From a virus, in IMG/VR virus record IMGVR_UViG_3300036715_002842, positions 41,576 to 105,575 of that record: a DNA stretch of 64,000 bases; one strand, written 5' to 3'. Under the pieces are notes generated by a model, which worked only from the letters and a program-made list of their open reading frames with translations, ran no database searches and was not told the origin of the DNA. Shown here piece after piece: positions 1 through 8,767 of this stretch. The stretch's first letter is position 1, and the number at the start of each line of letters is the position of its first letter. Position numbers and translations under genes: made by a program.

Positions 1-2442
1 AATCGAGTACGGAGAAGTTCCACCGGTCGGCTGGAGATTGAAGGTTGCGGTGCTGGTGTAAGATGGGGCAACGAAGGTGGTTGTCAGTAAGCTACCACTA
101 CCAGATCCGCCTGCCTTCGCGGGAATCGTTACGGGAATGATGCGTGTAGCAGACTGACTCATCGGAAGACTGCTATCCACTACTCGAACCTCTACTATAC
201 CGTTGAGGCCGGAAGCTGGAACGCTTGGAACCGAGATGATCTCTCCATTCAGTACCGCGTTTGTGATGTCAGAGTTTAGCAGGGTGTAAGTGTAGGGTCC
301 CATACCGCCAGAGACTGAAAGGTTGAAGTTGAAGAAGTCCACGTTCAGTGGGTAGGTAACCTCTTCCGGTCCGATCGTAAGTGGAAGGGGAACGCTACCA
401 GATGGTGGGGGTGCTGGTAGTGGGGTATCGGTCATGAAGTTGATTGCGACGGAAGCAAGACGGTTTCCGGAATCCGGTGGGCTGGAAATCTGGAGGAACT
501 GGTACTTGTTGTTTGGAACCTCGAACCGATAGAGCATCTTCGAATAGTTGTTGTCGAATGTGAGTGGTGTAAGGGTCAGGGTCCCAGCGCTATCGTACTG
601 AGAGATTGAAACATCTGGTGGATTGGTGGAGTCCAGAGTGTTGAAGTTTACTTCCATCAGGTAGGAACCCTTCAGGAAGTAGATTGGTCTCGACTGATAG
701 ATACTGCTGTAGATGCCTTCGAGTACAGTGAACGTTGAAGTCTCTGGATTGAAGGATACAGGGTTCGTAAAGTCTTCGTAGAACAGATCCTTTGAAACTT
801 TCTGAACCCCGATTTTCTGAATTCTGGTATCGTACACCTTGCTCGTTGTGCCGCGGTTGGTTACCAGGATGGTTGCCAGCTGAATGAGATTTGCCTTGTT
901 CGCAAGACTCTGGGTCATCAGAATTGTGGTATCCGTTGGCATGTTCGAAGAGGAAGAGTCGATTGAGATCTTCGTTATCGAGGTGTAGGACTTGACAGTT
1001 GGTACCCACTGCCCAGGGTAACGGGTAGTCTGTAGAGCCTTGAGATCCGTTGTGACCGGAACGGTAAAGTTGGCACCTGTACCGGTGTTTATGACGGTCA
1101 GGTTCTCCGTAACGGTCTCAGTTCCATTCTTGCCCTCGATCTTGAGGACCACGGACATGGAGGCTGGTACTACGAAGTTTCCAAGCGCAAGATTCAAGGT
1201 GCCAGTCTGAGGAAGGAAGACCTCACTGAACGCATTGTTGCTGAGCTTGTAGAAGTTGGTCTGGAAGACTGGGATCGGATCCAGGACCAGGACTCCGTAG
1301 GTATCGGAGTACATGTCGTACCGATTCGATACCCCGGAGAGTGCCTGAGTGTTGAATTCCTGGGACTGAAAGCTAGGAAGAACACCAGAATCCGTCACGA
1401 AGTACTCAAAGTCGATGGCACCCTCAATCTGGAGGATGAACTCGTTCCCCTGCTGGAGTGTAACGGTTCCGGCATGAATGACCAGGCACTTGACGGTGAG
1501 GGGTTCTGCGATGATCGCGTTGGAGTAAACGGTCACTACGCGATTGATTCGATCGTACTTGAAGTTATGGAAGGTTCCAGATCCTTCTCTAACGCTCAGT
1601 ACGTGGGCAGCACCATTCGTGATTGTGAAGGTTGCCGGGGCATTCCCACCTACGTTCGTATCGATGGAAAGAGGTGGAATGGAAATCTCCACCAGATCCC
1701 CGTAGTGGTTTGAGTTCTGGTAGGTCGAAACAACACCCACGAGACCATTCTGGGTCCAGTACGAAAGGCCCGGAAGGGTTTCCAGGTCCATCATACTCAT
1801 TCCGTGTGGGTTGTTCGTGCTGGCTCTTCCAGTTCCTAAGAGGGATCGATGGGTTACATCTTCCCAGGTGAACCAAGGCCTCGTAGTAATCGGAGAAGTG
1901 GATTCGATGTATGATGGAGTGATGTCGGTCTGCTTTGTGAACTCACCCAGTACGATGGTGTAATCCAGATCTGTGTTGGAAAGGAACTGGTATTCGTTCA
2001 TTGCCAGAAGCTGGATCTCGAAAGCCATCCCCAACTCAATCGGCTCTACAATTTCTGTTGCCACATTGTAGCGGGTTTCCATCGTAACGTTCGGAATCAT
2101 TCTCACTACCAGAACGTAGGAGAGATCCAGCTCATCCACATTCACAGCGAAAGCGATCTGTGTAGCGGTAAGCAATTCGAAAACGTAACCACTACGGAAG
2201 ATTGCTTTGCCAGGTTCGATCTGGAACGTGGTGGAATCCGAAAGGGAAACGGACAAGGGACCAGCATTTGAAACTGGATTTGTGGTCGAGAAGATTCCTG
2301 GGGTGATGCAGGCTTCGAAGATCTTGTCGAACTTCGATTTATAGATATCCTGAACAGTGTTCAAGTCTTCCGGGTAGAGGTTGCCCTCGTGGAAGACTCG
2401 GTCAGTTAGAATCTGGGTGTTGGTGAGTCTGACTGCTTGCAT
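1..2442 (-). CDS. Large virion structural protein with Ig-like/beta-rich segments (tail fibre/baseplate-associated); runs off the window start
   Basis: ATG at 2442 (MQAVRLTNTQILTDRVFHEG...). Both ends read in the same frame down to position 1 (...YTSTATFNLQPTGGTSPYSI); the interior was not checked codon by codon. T/S/P/G-rich with a GGTxPY Ig-like signature. Absent from the ORF track, consistent with having no stop in the window. Confidence 0.7.
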   Translation of the reverse strand, partial: MQAVRLTNTQILTDRVFHEGNLYPEDLNTVQDIYKSKFDKIFEACITPGIFSTTNPVSNAGPLSVSLSDSTTFQIEPGKAIFRSGYVFELLTATQIAFAVNVDELDLSYVLVVRMIPNVTMETRYNVATEIVEPIELGMAFEIQLLAMNEYQFLSNTDLDYTIVLGEFTKQTDITPSYIESTSPITTRPWFTWEDVTHRSLLGTGRASTNNPHGMSMMDLETLPGLSYWTQNGLVGVVSTYQNSNHYGDLVEISIPPLSIDTNVGGNAPATFTITNGAAHVLSVREGSGTFHNFKYDRINRVVTVYSNAIIAEPLTVKCLVIHAGTVTLQQGNEFILQIEGAIDFEYFVTDSGVLPSFQSQEFNTQALSGVSNRYDMYSDTYGVLVLDPIPVFQTNFYKLSNNAFSEVFLPQTGTLNLALGNFVVPASMSVVLKIEGKNGTETVTENLTVINTGTGANFTVPVTTDLKALQTTRYPGQWVPTVKSYTSITKISIDSSSSNMPTDTTILMTQSLANKANLIQLATILVTNRGTTSKVYDTRIQKIGVQKVSKDLFYEDFTNPVSFNPETSTFTVLEGIYSSIYQSRPIYFLKGSYLMEVNFNTLDSTNPPDVSISQYDSAGTLTLTPLTFDNNYSKMLYRFEVPNNKYQFLQISSPPDSGNRLASVAINFMTDTPLPAPPPSGSVPLPLTIGPEEVTYPLNVDFFNFNLSVSGGMGPYTYTLLNSDITNAVLNGEIISVPSVPASGLNGIVEVRVVDSSLPMSQSATRIIPVTIPAKAGGSGSGSLLTTTFVAPSYTSTATFNLQPTGGTSPYSI

Positions 2443-2451
2443 CGGTTATCC

Positions 2452-3399
2452 CTAGAAGTCTACTTTGTGGTCCGACTGCTTTACGTTCTTGAGATGCTGA
2501 TCTTGTAGTTTCAAGGAGAAGGCTCCAATTCGAAGAGCCTTCCCTTGATAGATTCTATCCCCGTCTCCCTCACCATGAGGACCTGACAACTGAAGAATCT
2601 GGAAAATCTCTGGTCTGGAACTGTATAGCTTCACGCCCAGAAGATTCGTCTTGATCGTGATGATGTAGTTCTGACCCATGTGAACTACCATTGGAAGATC
2701 GTGGGCCAAGATCATCTTACCTGGGGTGTTGGAGATCTGGAGCTTCTCGTAACCTGGGATGAATCTGATGGACTCGTACTCAACCTCAAAGCTGAGGGTG
2801 TACCGATAAGCACGTTCAACGTTCGAATCCTGCTGGAAGTCCCTTGAAAGGACTTCTGATTGGGTGTATTCTTGTGGGAGAATGATTTGGCTGTTGCTCG
2901 CATCTCCGTAGATCACGTTCTGGTAATACTCTGGGAGATGTTGGAGGAAAATCTCATTCAACAGTTTCGCGAGCTTGTTGGTCGACTGCTCCTGCGAGGT
3001 CTCTGCCGTGAGGGTAACGGAGTACTTTCCAATGTTCCTCTTCTGCAAGCAGTTCGACTGATTACCCGCGACGGAGTGCTCAACTGCGATACCCAAACCA
3101 GTCTTGATCACCCTAGGACTTCCAACCTGGATAATAATGGCCGGCTCTCTGCGGAAGACGTAGGTCGAGAGATTGTAGATATTGATTTTCTGTTGCTTGG
3201 TATTGACCGGATCGATAGCGTATCCATCTGCGAATGGAGACTGCTCAGTGAACAGGTTGCGATGCTTTCCATTTACGCTGAAGAACCAGGTCAGAACCTC
3301 TTTAAGAACCAGCGTAAGTACGGAAGATTCCTCTTCGACCGGCTGAGTCGCTTTGCTCTCTACGTTACTTCTTGGGACGGATGAGAATGGAGATGCCAA
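2452..3399 (-). CDS. Probable tail completion/neck-type structural protein
   Basis: ORF track gives 2452..3588, but the likely start is TTG at 3399 after SD GGGAGG. Lies directly upstream of the large structural gene; function inferred from context. Confidence 0.45.
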   Translation of the reverse strand: MASPFSSVPRSNVESKATQPVEEESSVLTLVLKEVLTWFFSVNGKHRNLFTEQSPFADGYAIDPVNTKQQKINIYNLSTYVFRREPAIIIQVGSPRVIKTGLGIAVEHSVAGNQSNCLQKRNIGKYSVTLTAETSQEQSTNKLAKLLNEIFLQHLPEYYQNVIYGDASNSQIILPQEYTQSEVLSRDFQQDSNVERAYRYTLSFEVEYESIRFIPGYEKLQISNTPGKMILAHDLPMVVHMGQNYIITIKTNLLGVKLYSSRPEIFQILQLSGPHGEGDGDRIYQGKALRIGAFSLKLQDQHLKNVKQSDHKVDF

Positions 3400-3498
3400 G
3401 TGTACCTCCCCATTATTGTAACCGAAACCCCTGAATTCTCCTCTTTTGAAAACTAAACGAACCTGGTGGACTAGGTTATCTCTTTTAGGAGTAGTTCT

Positions 3499-3984
3499 AT
3501 GGATCAAGACTACTTGGACCAGTTCGGGACACTGTTGAAAGAGGCCGGTACCCCTCTCGGCAAGATGAAGGTTCTCCAAGAATTTCATCTCTACAGAGCA
3601 AACATGATGAAGATGGAGAAATATGCCAAACGGGCCAGACCCCTAACTCAGAAGATTCCGGAACCAGAGGATTTGGTTGGGATCAAGTTCGATGAGCAAT
3701 CACATATTCGAGAACAGAATTTTGCGAAATTAAAGCTGCCTGACCAGTACCCTTACGTGATGGACCAGATCTGGAAGATTTCAAAGAATGGTTACATGAG
3801 GGTAGTGGTGATGCAAGATCACGATTACGCAGAGATCACCTTTCACAAGTGGAACGATGTAGTACTGAAATACCTACCATACGAGAGAAAGAAAACCATT
3901 CATCCCCGGACCGCAGAAGCTCTTACAGAGAAGTTCTCCAAGCTGGGTGCCCTCCTAATTTATAGTCAATCAATCGAGAGCTGA
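3499..3984 (+). CDS. Hypothetical protein
   Basis: 161-aa ORF, SD AGGAG, TGATG coupling to the RuvC gene. Confidence 0.7.
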   Translation: MDQDYLDQFGTLLKEAGTPLGKMKVLQEFHLYRANMMKMEKYAKRARPLTQKIPEPEDLVGIKFDEQSHIREQNFAKLKLPDQYPYVMDQIWKISKNGYMRVVVMQDHDYAEITFHKWNDVVLKYLPYERKKTIHPRTAEALTEKFSKLGALLIYSQSIES

Positions 3985-4520
3985 TGAGAATTCTTGGGCT
4001 GGATCCTGGATCTGTGAACTTTGGGTACGCAGTAGTAGACGTTGACGATGAATACTCCTATCTGAAGGACACCTACGTAGAAGTACCAACGGTCCTTGAA
4101 CATGGACTACTCAAGAACATCCCCGGGTACTTTGCGAATAACGATCTGGATTCCGCACTCCTTCGTATCTGCGTTCAGGAGCTTCAAGAGATCTGCCTTC
4201 GTCATTCTGTTGATCGGATCGCAATCGAACGTTGGATGGGTCGAGGTACGTTCATGCCGGGTTGGGTTGAGCGCCTGAACCATATTATTGGAGCCATGCT
4301 CTATTCGAGCCCCATCCCGATCAAGGCTATTACCGCGGCTTCGTGGAAAACTAGAATTTTAAAGCGTTATGGAATTAAGTCCACCAAGACACTGGTTGGA
4401 TCCGTCAAGTCCGAGCATGCGGGAGATGCGGTCATGCAGGCCACCTATCTCCACGAGCTGGAACTGGAAGCCCTTCTGAAAAGCCGAAAGGCTGCGGCTC
4501 GAAAATCTAAGAAGAAGTGA
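3984..4520 (+). CDS. ruvC: RuvC-like Holliday junction resolvase
   Basis: MRILGLDPGSVNFGYAVV, IAIE and HAGDAV catalytic motifs. Confidence 0.85.
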   Translation: MRILGLDPGSVNFGYAVVDVDDEYSYLKDTYVEVPTVLEHGLLKNIPGYFANNDLDSALLRICVQELQEICLRHSVDRIAIERWMGRGTFMPGWVERLNHIIGAMLYSSPIPIKAITAASWKTRILKRYGIKSTKTLVGSVKSEHAGDAVMQATYLHELELEALLKSRKAAARKSKKK

Positions 4521-4554
4521 GAAATCGAAGGTTACAATTGAGGAGACCCACACC

Positions 4555-5322
4555 ATGAACTACCCAATTACTGAAATCTTCCACTCTATTCAGGGAGAAG
4601 GCGCTAATGCAGGTCGTAGCGCAACCTTTATTCGTCTTGCAGGTTGCAACTTAGCCTGCACAGTGACAATTGAAGGGAAAGAGTATCCTTGCGATGAACC
4701 GCTTCACGACGATGCCAACGCCAAGAAACAGATGAGCGTTGCAGATATTCTAGAGCAGGTGAATGCCTTTGGTCCGGTAGAGGTAATTGTTATTACTGGT
4801 GGTGAGCCCACTCTCTACGATCTCAAACCCCTAACGGACGCGCTTAACAGTGATCAGGTCACCTGGCGTCATGAAGTTAATCGTCTCCACCCTCTCACTG
4901 GTTATGTTCGTGCCAGGGGCATTGCAGGTCTTCTTGGCGGTGTTGCGAATGGCCCACTGATTTGCATGGAGACCAATGGGACCTTGAAGCTCCGAGGTGA
5001 CATCGACTTCATTAGCCTTTCTCCCAAGCCTGCGCGCTTCGGTAAAGGTGGAAAGAGGATTCCGGTCCTTGATGAGATGATCGAGAAGGCTGGGGAGATC
5101 CGAATCGTAGCCGGATGGGATACCGCGGATGAGGTCCAGTCCAAGATTGAAGACTACTTCTTCAAGACCAGCGGCCAGATTTTCATCAGTCCACTAACGA
5201 AATTCCCTGGTAATCTTTTGATCCAGGAGACTGCTGAGATGGCAGTTGAGCTGGTAAAATCAAATGCCAGAAAGGGAATTCGCTTGAGTCTTCAGACGCA
5301 TAAGTGGATGCAAATTCGGTAA
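4555..5322 (+). CDS. queE: 7-carboxy-7-deazaguanine synthase (radical SAM)
   Basis: EIFHSIQGEG..GR...FIRLAGCNLAC, ITGGEP, ETNG, SPK, RLSLQTHK. Confidence 0.9.
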   Translation: MNYPITEIFHSIQGEGANAGRSATFIRLAGCNLACTVTIEGKEYPCDEPLHDDANAKKQMSVADILEQVNAFGPVEVIVITGGEPTLYDLKPLTDALNSDQVTWRHEVNRLHPLTGYVRARGIAGLLGGVANGPLICMETNGTLKLRGDIDFISLSPKPARFGKGGKRIPVLDEMIEKAGEIRIVAGWDTADEVQSKIEDYFFKTSGQIFISPLTKFPGNLLIQETAEMAVELVKSNARKGIRLSLQTHKWMQIR

Positions 5323-5676
5323 AAGATTTCTCTACCCCCTCTGGGCTATTTGCCCGGATAATTGAGTCCAAGATCCATCAAGGATGACTCGATGCTGGTC
5401 ACCACCTTAGGCACTTTCAGAAACCCGTGTAAAATAACGGAGATTCGAGGTACCACGGGTCAAATGGTGGTTGGTATTCTATCCGTTAAGAGTATTACTT
5501 TCTACCATTTGAGGAAAGTTCTAAAGGGCAATTTTCTGGGTGACTTTGCATTTTCAAAGTTCCTCAAAAAATTGAGCCTTGATTTTTCTTCGAGACCCGG
5601 TAAATTAGTAGTATATGTTCCCCAGAGGCCCCGGCTCCCCCACCTTCTCTACTGCCCCACTTTCTAGAGGTGCTTA

Positions 5677-6768
5677 ATGCGCTTGCTGATGTTCCGGTCT
5701 CAACTCACACCTCAGGGGATAACATTCGTACCTCGTGAGGGTGAGCCGGCGCGATATAGCATCTTCCAGGACATCCACGACTACATCAAGATGAGCACTG
5801 AGAGTCTTCTCCATCCTCAGGCGGCGGTCGATCTGGTCATGGACAGCATCGCTCTACGTATCCTGCACCTGCCTCAGGCTCCGGACCACAAGGAGATCTA
5901 CAGCAGTCAGTGCACCATCCGTAAGACCAATGCGGATACCGGGAACGAGTGGTATGAGAAGACCCGGGACTTCAAAAACAAGTTTATGTATTGCATCAAC
6001 TTCAACCGTATATCTCGTGCAGCGGAAGAAGCGATTGACAATCCGAAGAAGACCCTCATCTCTATTGCCAGCTTCTGGGATGTTTCCGAATACGAACTGG
6101 AACAGATTCTGAACTGGTATTACGAAACCGGACAGCAGCTCTACGGTGCCAAGGACCAGCGCCCTGAGTGGTGGGGGCAGCGCATTGATGAGGTTGCCCG
6201 CTACAAGGCTCTGGAATTTGAGTTCGTCAAGCAGGTGAACAAGAAACTGGCTACCCCGGCCTTCAGCTACCTCGTGGACTTCTACGAGTCCAGAGAATCC
6301 ATCGTCCAGGACTTGATGCGAGAAGCCTGGCGCGCAGTTCTGGATACTTCCCACAAGCCGGAGCTTGATACCCTTCGCATGGGTAAGACCTACATCAATA
6401 CGGTCATCCATCACGTGGCCCAGAGCTACACCAAGCACCATGGGAAGCAGGCTTACAACAAGCAGAACGATACTTACGAGACCATCGAGTTCTCTCTTCT
6501 GAGTGAACCGGACATGGATGAGTCCAAGCACTTCTTCCTGGCCCACGAGGTAAGTGAGTATCACGAAATGGAAGTCTTCCATACCCTCGACAAGGTTCTG
6601 GCTGACAATGAGATGACCCTGGTGCGGGTCCTCACTGGTGATCTGGAGAGTCCGGAATTCGAGAGTTACGCCTCGGGAATGTCCAGTCGTAGGATTGCGG
6701 CCTTCACCTTCTTCAAGGTGGACGCTGAGAACCTGCGGGACAAGTTCGGATACCTGTTCCACAGCTAA
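5677..6768 (+). CDS. Hypothetical protein, possible divergent sigma-70/ECF-like transcription factor
   Basis: ESIVQDLMREAWRAV..TYINTVIHH resembles sigma region 2; LDKVLADNEMTLVRVL resembles the start of region 4. Confidence 0.4.
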   Translation: MRLLMFRSQLTPQGITFVPREGEPARYSIFQDIHDYIKMSTESLLHPQAAVDLVMDSIALRILHLPQAPDHKEIYSSQCTIRKTNADTGNEWYEKTRDFKNKFMYCINFNRISRAAEEAIDNPKKTLISIASFWDVSEYELEQILNWYYETGQQLYGAKDQRPEWWGQRIDEVARYKALEFEFVKQVNKKLATPAFSYLVDFYESRESIVQDLMREAWRAVLDTSHKPELDTLRMGKTYINTVIHHVAQSYTKHHGKQAYNKQNDTYETIEFSLLSEPDMDESKHFFLAHEVSEYHEMEVFHTLDKVLADNEMTLVRVLTGDLESPEFESYASGMSSRRIAAFTFFKVDAENLRDKFGYLFHS

Positions 6769-6816
6769 GTTCAAAAACCTCCAACCTTCTACTAAAATAG
6801 GTGGAAGGAGGTTTTC

Positions 6817-7194
6817 ATGGTCTGGTTTAAAAAACCTTCACCAGTTGGAGTTAAGAAAGAGCACTCCAAAAACGTGGAAACTCTACTTTCGATGGTTCCG
6901 CACCCAATTCGTGCCCTCAAAGAACTCATTAGTCCCGGCGGTCCAAGTGTGGCCACTCTGGTTACCCTCACGACTTGCATGTGCTTGAACGTTGAGTGCC
7001 TGATACTTGTGTGGTTCCGCGCCAAGTGGAACCAGCCAGTGACTGCGGAGCTTACGATCATAGCCGGTATGCTAAGCGCGCTCATTGGCTACGTGTACCA
7101 TCGCTACAAGTCCTCGGAAGAGAGAACCGCGGCTCACAAGCCGAAAAGATCAACGGATAAGAACCCTCTTACGCGTGCAGAGGATAAGGGTTAG
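6817..7194 (+). CDS. Small membrane protein with two hydrophobic segments (holin-like candidate)
   Basis: Hydrophobic stretches VATLVTLTTCMCLNVECLILVWF and LTIIAGMLSALIGYVY; basic C-terminal tail; SD GGAGG. Confidence 0.6.
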   Translation: MVWFKKPSPVGVKKEHSKNVETLLSMVPHPIRALKELISPGGPSVATLVTLTTCMCLNVECLILVWFRAKWNQPVTAELTIIAGMLSALIGYVYHRYKSSEERTAAHKPKRSTDKNPLTRAEDKG

Positions 7195-7251
7195 AGTTAC
7201 TCGAAGGAGCGCTCTACCCCGTTAATCTCGGCAGCAATCACCGTTTGGCCT

Positions 7252-7530
7252 CTAACTAGCGAGCGGCAGCTTTTCAATTTCTGCCATGAATGAAGGTGGG
7301 GTTGTGAAAGCTGCCGCTCGAGGTATCTTAAAGTACGGATCGGTAAATCCGATGGCACCTTCAGAGATGGCATCCTTAATAAGGAACCGTGGAGTGTCCA
7401 GGATGACCAGAGTTTCGTTCTTCCACTCTTCCGGATACTCTAGAACGAACTGAGCAATAGCGTGCCCAGCTTGAGACATCTTTTGTCCGAAAGAAAGTTT
7501 TTCGTCGATCAGAATGTAGAGCTTAGTCAT
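7252..7530 (-). CDS. Pth2-like peptidyl-tRNA hydrolase
   Basis: MTKLYILIDEKLSFGQKMSQAGHA...W...TLVIL matches the Pth2-family N-terminal pattern (G.K..Q..HA); start at 7530. Confidence 0.7.
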   Translation of the reverse strand: MTKLYILIDEKLSFGQKMSQAGHAIAQFVLEYPEEWKNETLVILDTPRFLIKDAISEGAIGFTDPYFKIPRAAAFTTPPSFMAEIEKLPLAS

Positions 7531-7834
7531 CGCTTTCCTCGTCTTCATCGTTCTTCTTGATGAGATAGGGTTTGAGAGGGTCCATATAAATGACCCCATC
7601 CTTCTTGAACGCTTCCTCGATTGCAGACATGGGAAACTTGAAAGTGTAATAGTTGTCGTTACAACTGTAAGAACAACGGCAAGGATTCACTTCCCGAATA
7701 TTCGCGATAAGATGGTCACCCTCCATTCGAAATCCCTGCAACCTAAAGTTGCTGAAGAGCTTGGAGTGATAGAAGGCGTCCTTGAGCTTCTGTTCAAACT
7801 TCTTCGTGGCTTGAAGGGTTTCGGTGTAAGACAT
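7523..7834 (-). CDS. Hypothetical protein (CxCxxxC motif)
   Basis: MSYTETLQATKK..., SD GGAG, overlaps the start of the Pth2-like gene. Confidence 0.65.
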   Translation of the reverse strand: MSYTETLQATKKFEQKLKDAFYHSKLFSNFRLQGFRMEGDHLIANIREVNPCRCSYSCNDNYYTFKFPMSAIEEAFKKDGVIYMDPLKPYLIKKNDEDEESDD

Positions 7835-7924
7835 TGGAATTCTCCACAAGTTGTAAAAGTTGATTGACAAACCGGATATGCAGCTCCGTTAACATCCTCT
7901 TCAAAGGCTTGCTGTCTAACCTCT

Positions 7925-8098
7925 TCAGATTGTGGGATGGTAATCCTTTCCAGCAATCTTTACCCAGTTTGACATTCCAATCAAGAGGTGACCGTGCTGA
8001 GAAGGGGAGAAGGGGACTAGCCCCTTCCCATCACAGTGCAGACTTGGCTTAGACGATTCGAAGACCGTCCGGCAACCAAGACAGATCCACTCTTTCAT
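7925..8098 (-). CDS. Small 57-aa protein with CxxC (MKEWICLGCRTVFES...)
   Basis: Translated by hand; ATG overlaps the TGA of the upstream gene (TGATG); below the ORF-track size cut-off. Confidence 0.55.
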   Translation of the reverse strand: MKEWICLGCRTVFESSKPSLHCDGKGLVPFSPSQHGHLLIGMSNWVKIAGKDYHPTI

Positions 8099-8544
8099 CA
8101 CTTCCCCTCTTGCATGTCGAGGAGGATCTGCGTACTCAGACCCTGCTGGAAGTCCAGAGTCTCCTTACGGAAACGCTTCTTCTCTTCCCAAGCGGCGATG
8201 TCCTCAGCAATCATTTCCTTCCATTCCGCGAGCTGGCGCTGAGAATAGTGGTCGGCTTGCTTGTGGAAGTAAGAACGGCTGGGATTCCGGTTGGGCTCGA
8301 TCTGCTCGAGGGTACGTCCACGGAGAAGGCAGTAAGCGATGTGCTTCGCTCTCCAATTCTGATCGTCGCAGCTGTAGAAGTTCTCGGGCTTGATTGCCAG
8401 GAGCTTGGCGCGAAGTTCTTCCTGTTGCTCCCCGGGAATGGAAGGCTTGAAGGTGGCATCGTAACGCCGTTCCCAATGCCTGCAAGCCACTTCGTGCTTG
8501 AGCTCTGCCTTGATGGTTGCGATCAGTTCTTTGTAAGTGGTCAT
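8098..8544 (-). CDS. Hypothetical protein (RAKHIAYCLLRGRTLEQIE motif); first gene of the amber-gated operon
   Basis: 148-aa ORF; its SD GGAGA lies inside a hairpin. Confidence 0.75.
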   Translation of the reverse strand: MTTYKELIATIKAELKHEVACRHWERRYDATFKPSIPGEQQEELRAKLLAIKPENFYSCDDQNWRAKHIAYCLLRGRTLEQIEPNRNPSRSYFHKQADHYSQRQLAEWKEMIAEDIAAWEEKKRFRKETLDFQQGLSTQILLDMQEGK

Positions 8545-8546
8545 TA

Positions 8547-8598
8547 GATTCTCCGAAATTTGAAAAGTTTGAGAAAAGGTTTTCGAATTTGGAGAATC
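8547..8598 (-). promoter_or_regulatory. RBS-sequestering hairpin for the gene at 8544
   Basis: GATTCTCCAAATTCGAAAA pairs with TTTTCAAATTTCGGAGAATC (one bulge, one mismatch); the right arm contains SD GGAGA 5 nt before the ATG. Confidence 0.75.
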
Positions 8599-8623
8599 AC
8601 TAAGGTGGGCGGTTCTACGTCAT
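8597..8623 (-). promoter_or_regulatory. Minigene 2: ATG ACG TAG AAC CGC CCA CCT TAG TGA (M-T-amber-N-R-P-P-stop)
   Basis: Strong SD AAGGAG 6 nt upstream; the read-through extension ends at the base of the RBS hairpin. Confidence 0.7.
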
Positions 8624-8634
8624 CGTAGGCTCCT

Positions 8635-8754
8635 TTACGAACAGAAAAAACCCAACAGAGGCTGCTGGGCAGCTGATCCGTTGGGGAGGAAGTGTTCTTG
8701 CGAACACAGATTTTTGTGGTGTGGCAAAACTTTGGAGCCGCGAATCTACTTCAT
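8635..8754 (-). promoter_or_regulatory. Minigene 1: ATG AAG TAG, with a 39-codon read-through frame spanning a terminator
   Basis: SD GAGGG upstream; after the TAG the frame stays open to TAA at 8635-8637, which overlaps the SD of minigene 2. Confidence 0.65.
8645..8685 (-). terminator. Intrinsic terminator (attenuator) in the leader
   Basis: CCCAACGGA-TCA-GCTGC-CCA-GCAGC-C-TCTGTTGGG followed by TTTTTT. Confidence 0.8.
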
Positions 8755-8767
8755 GGTCTTGTCCCTC

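Noticed and set aside
5362-5667. 101-aa ORF in the intergenic region
   Set aside because: TTG start without an SD and atypical composition; likely spurious.
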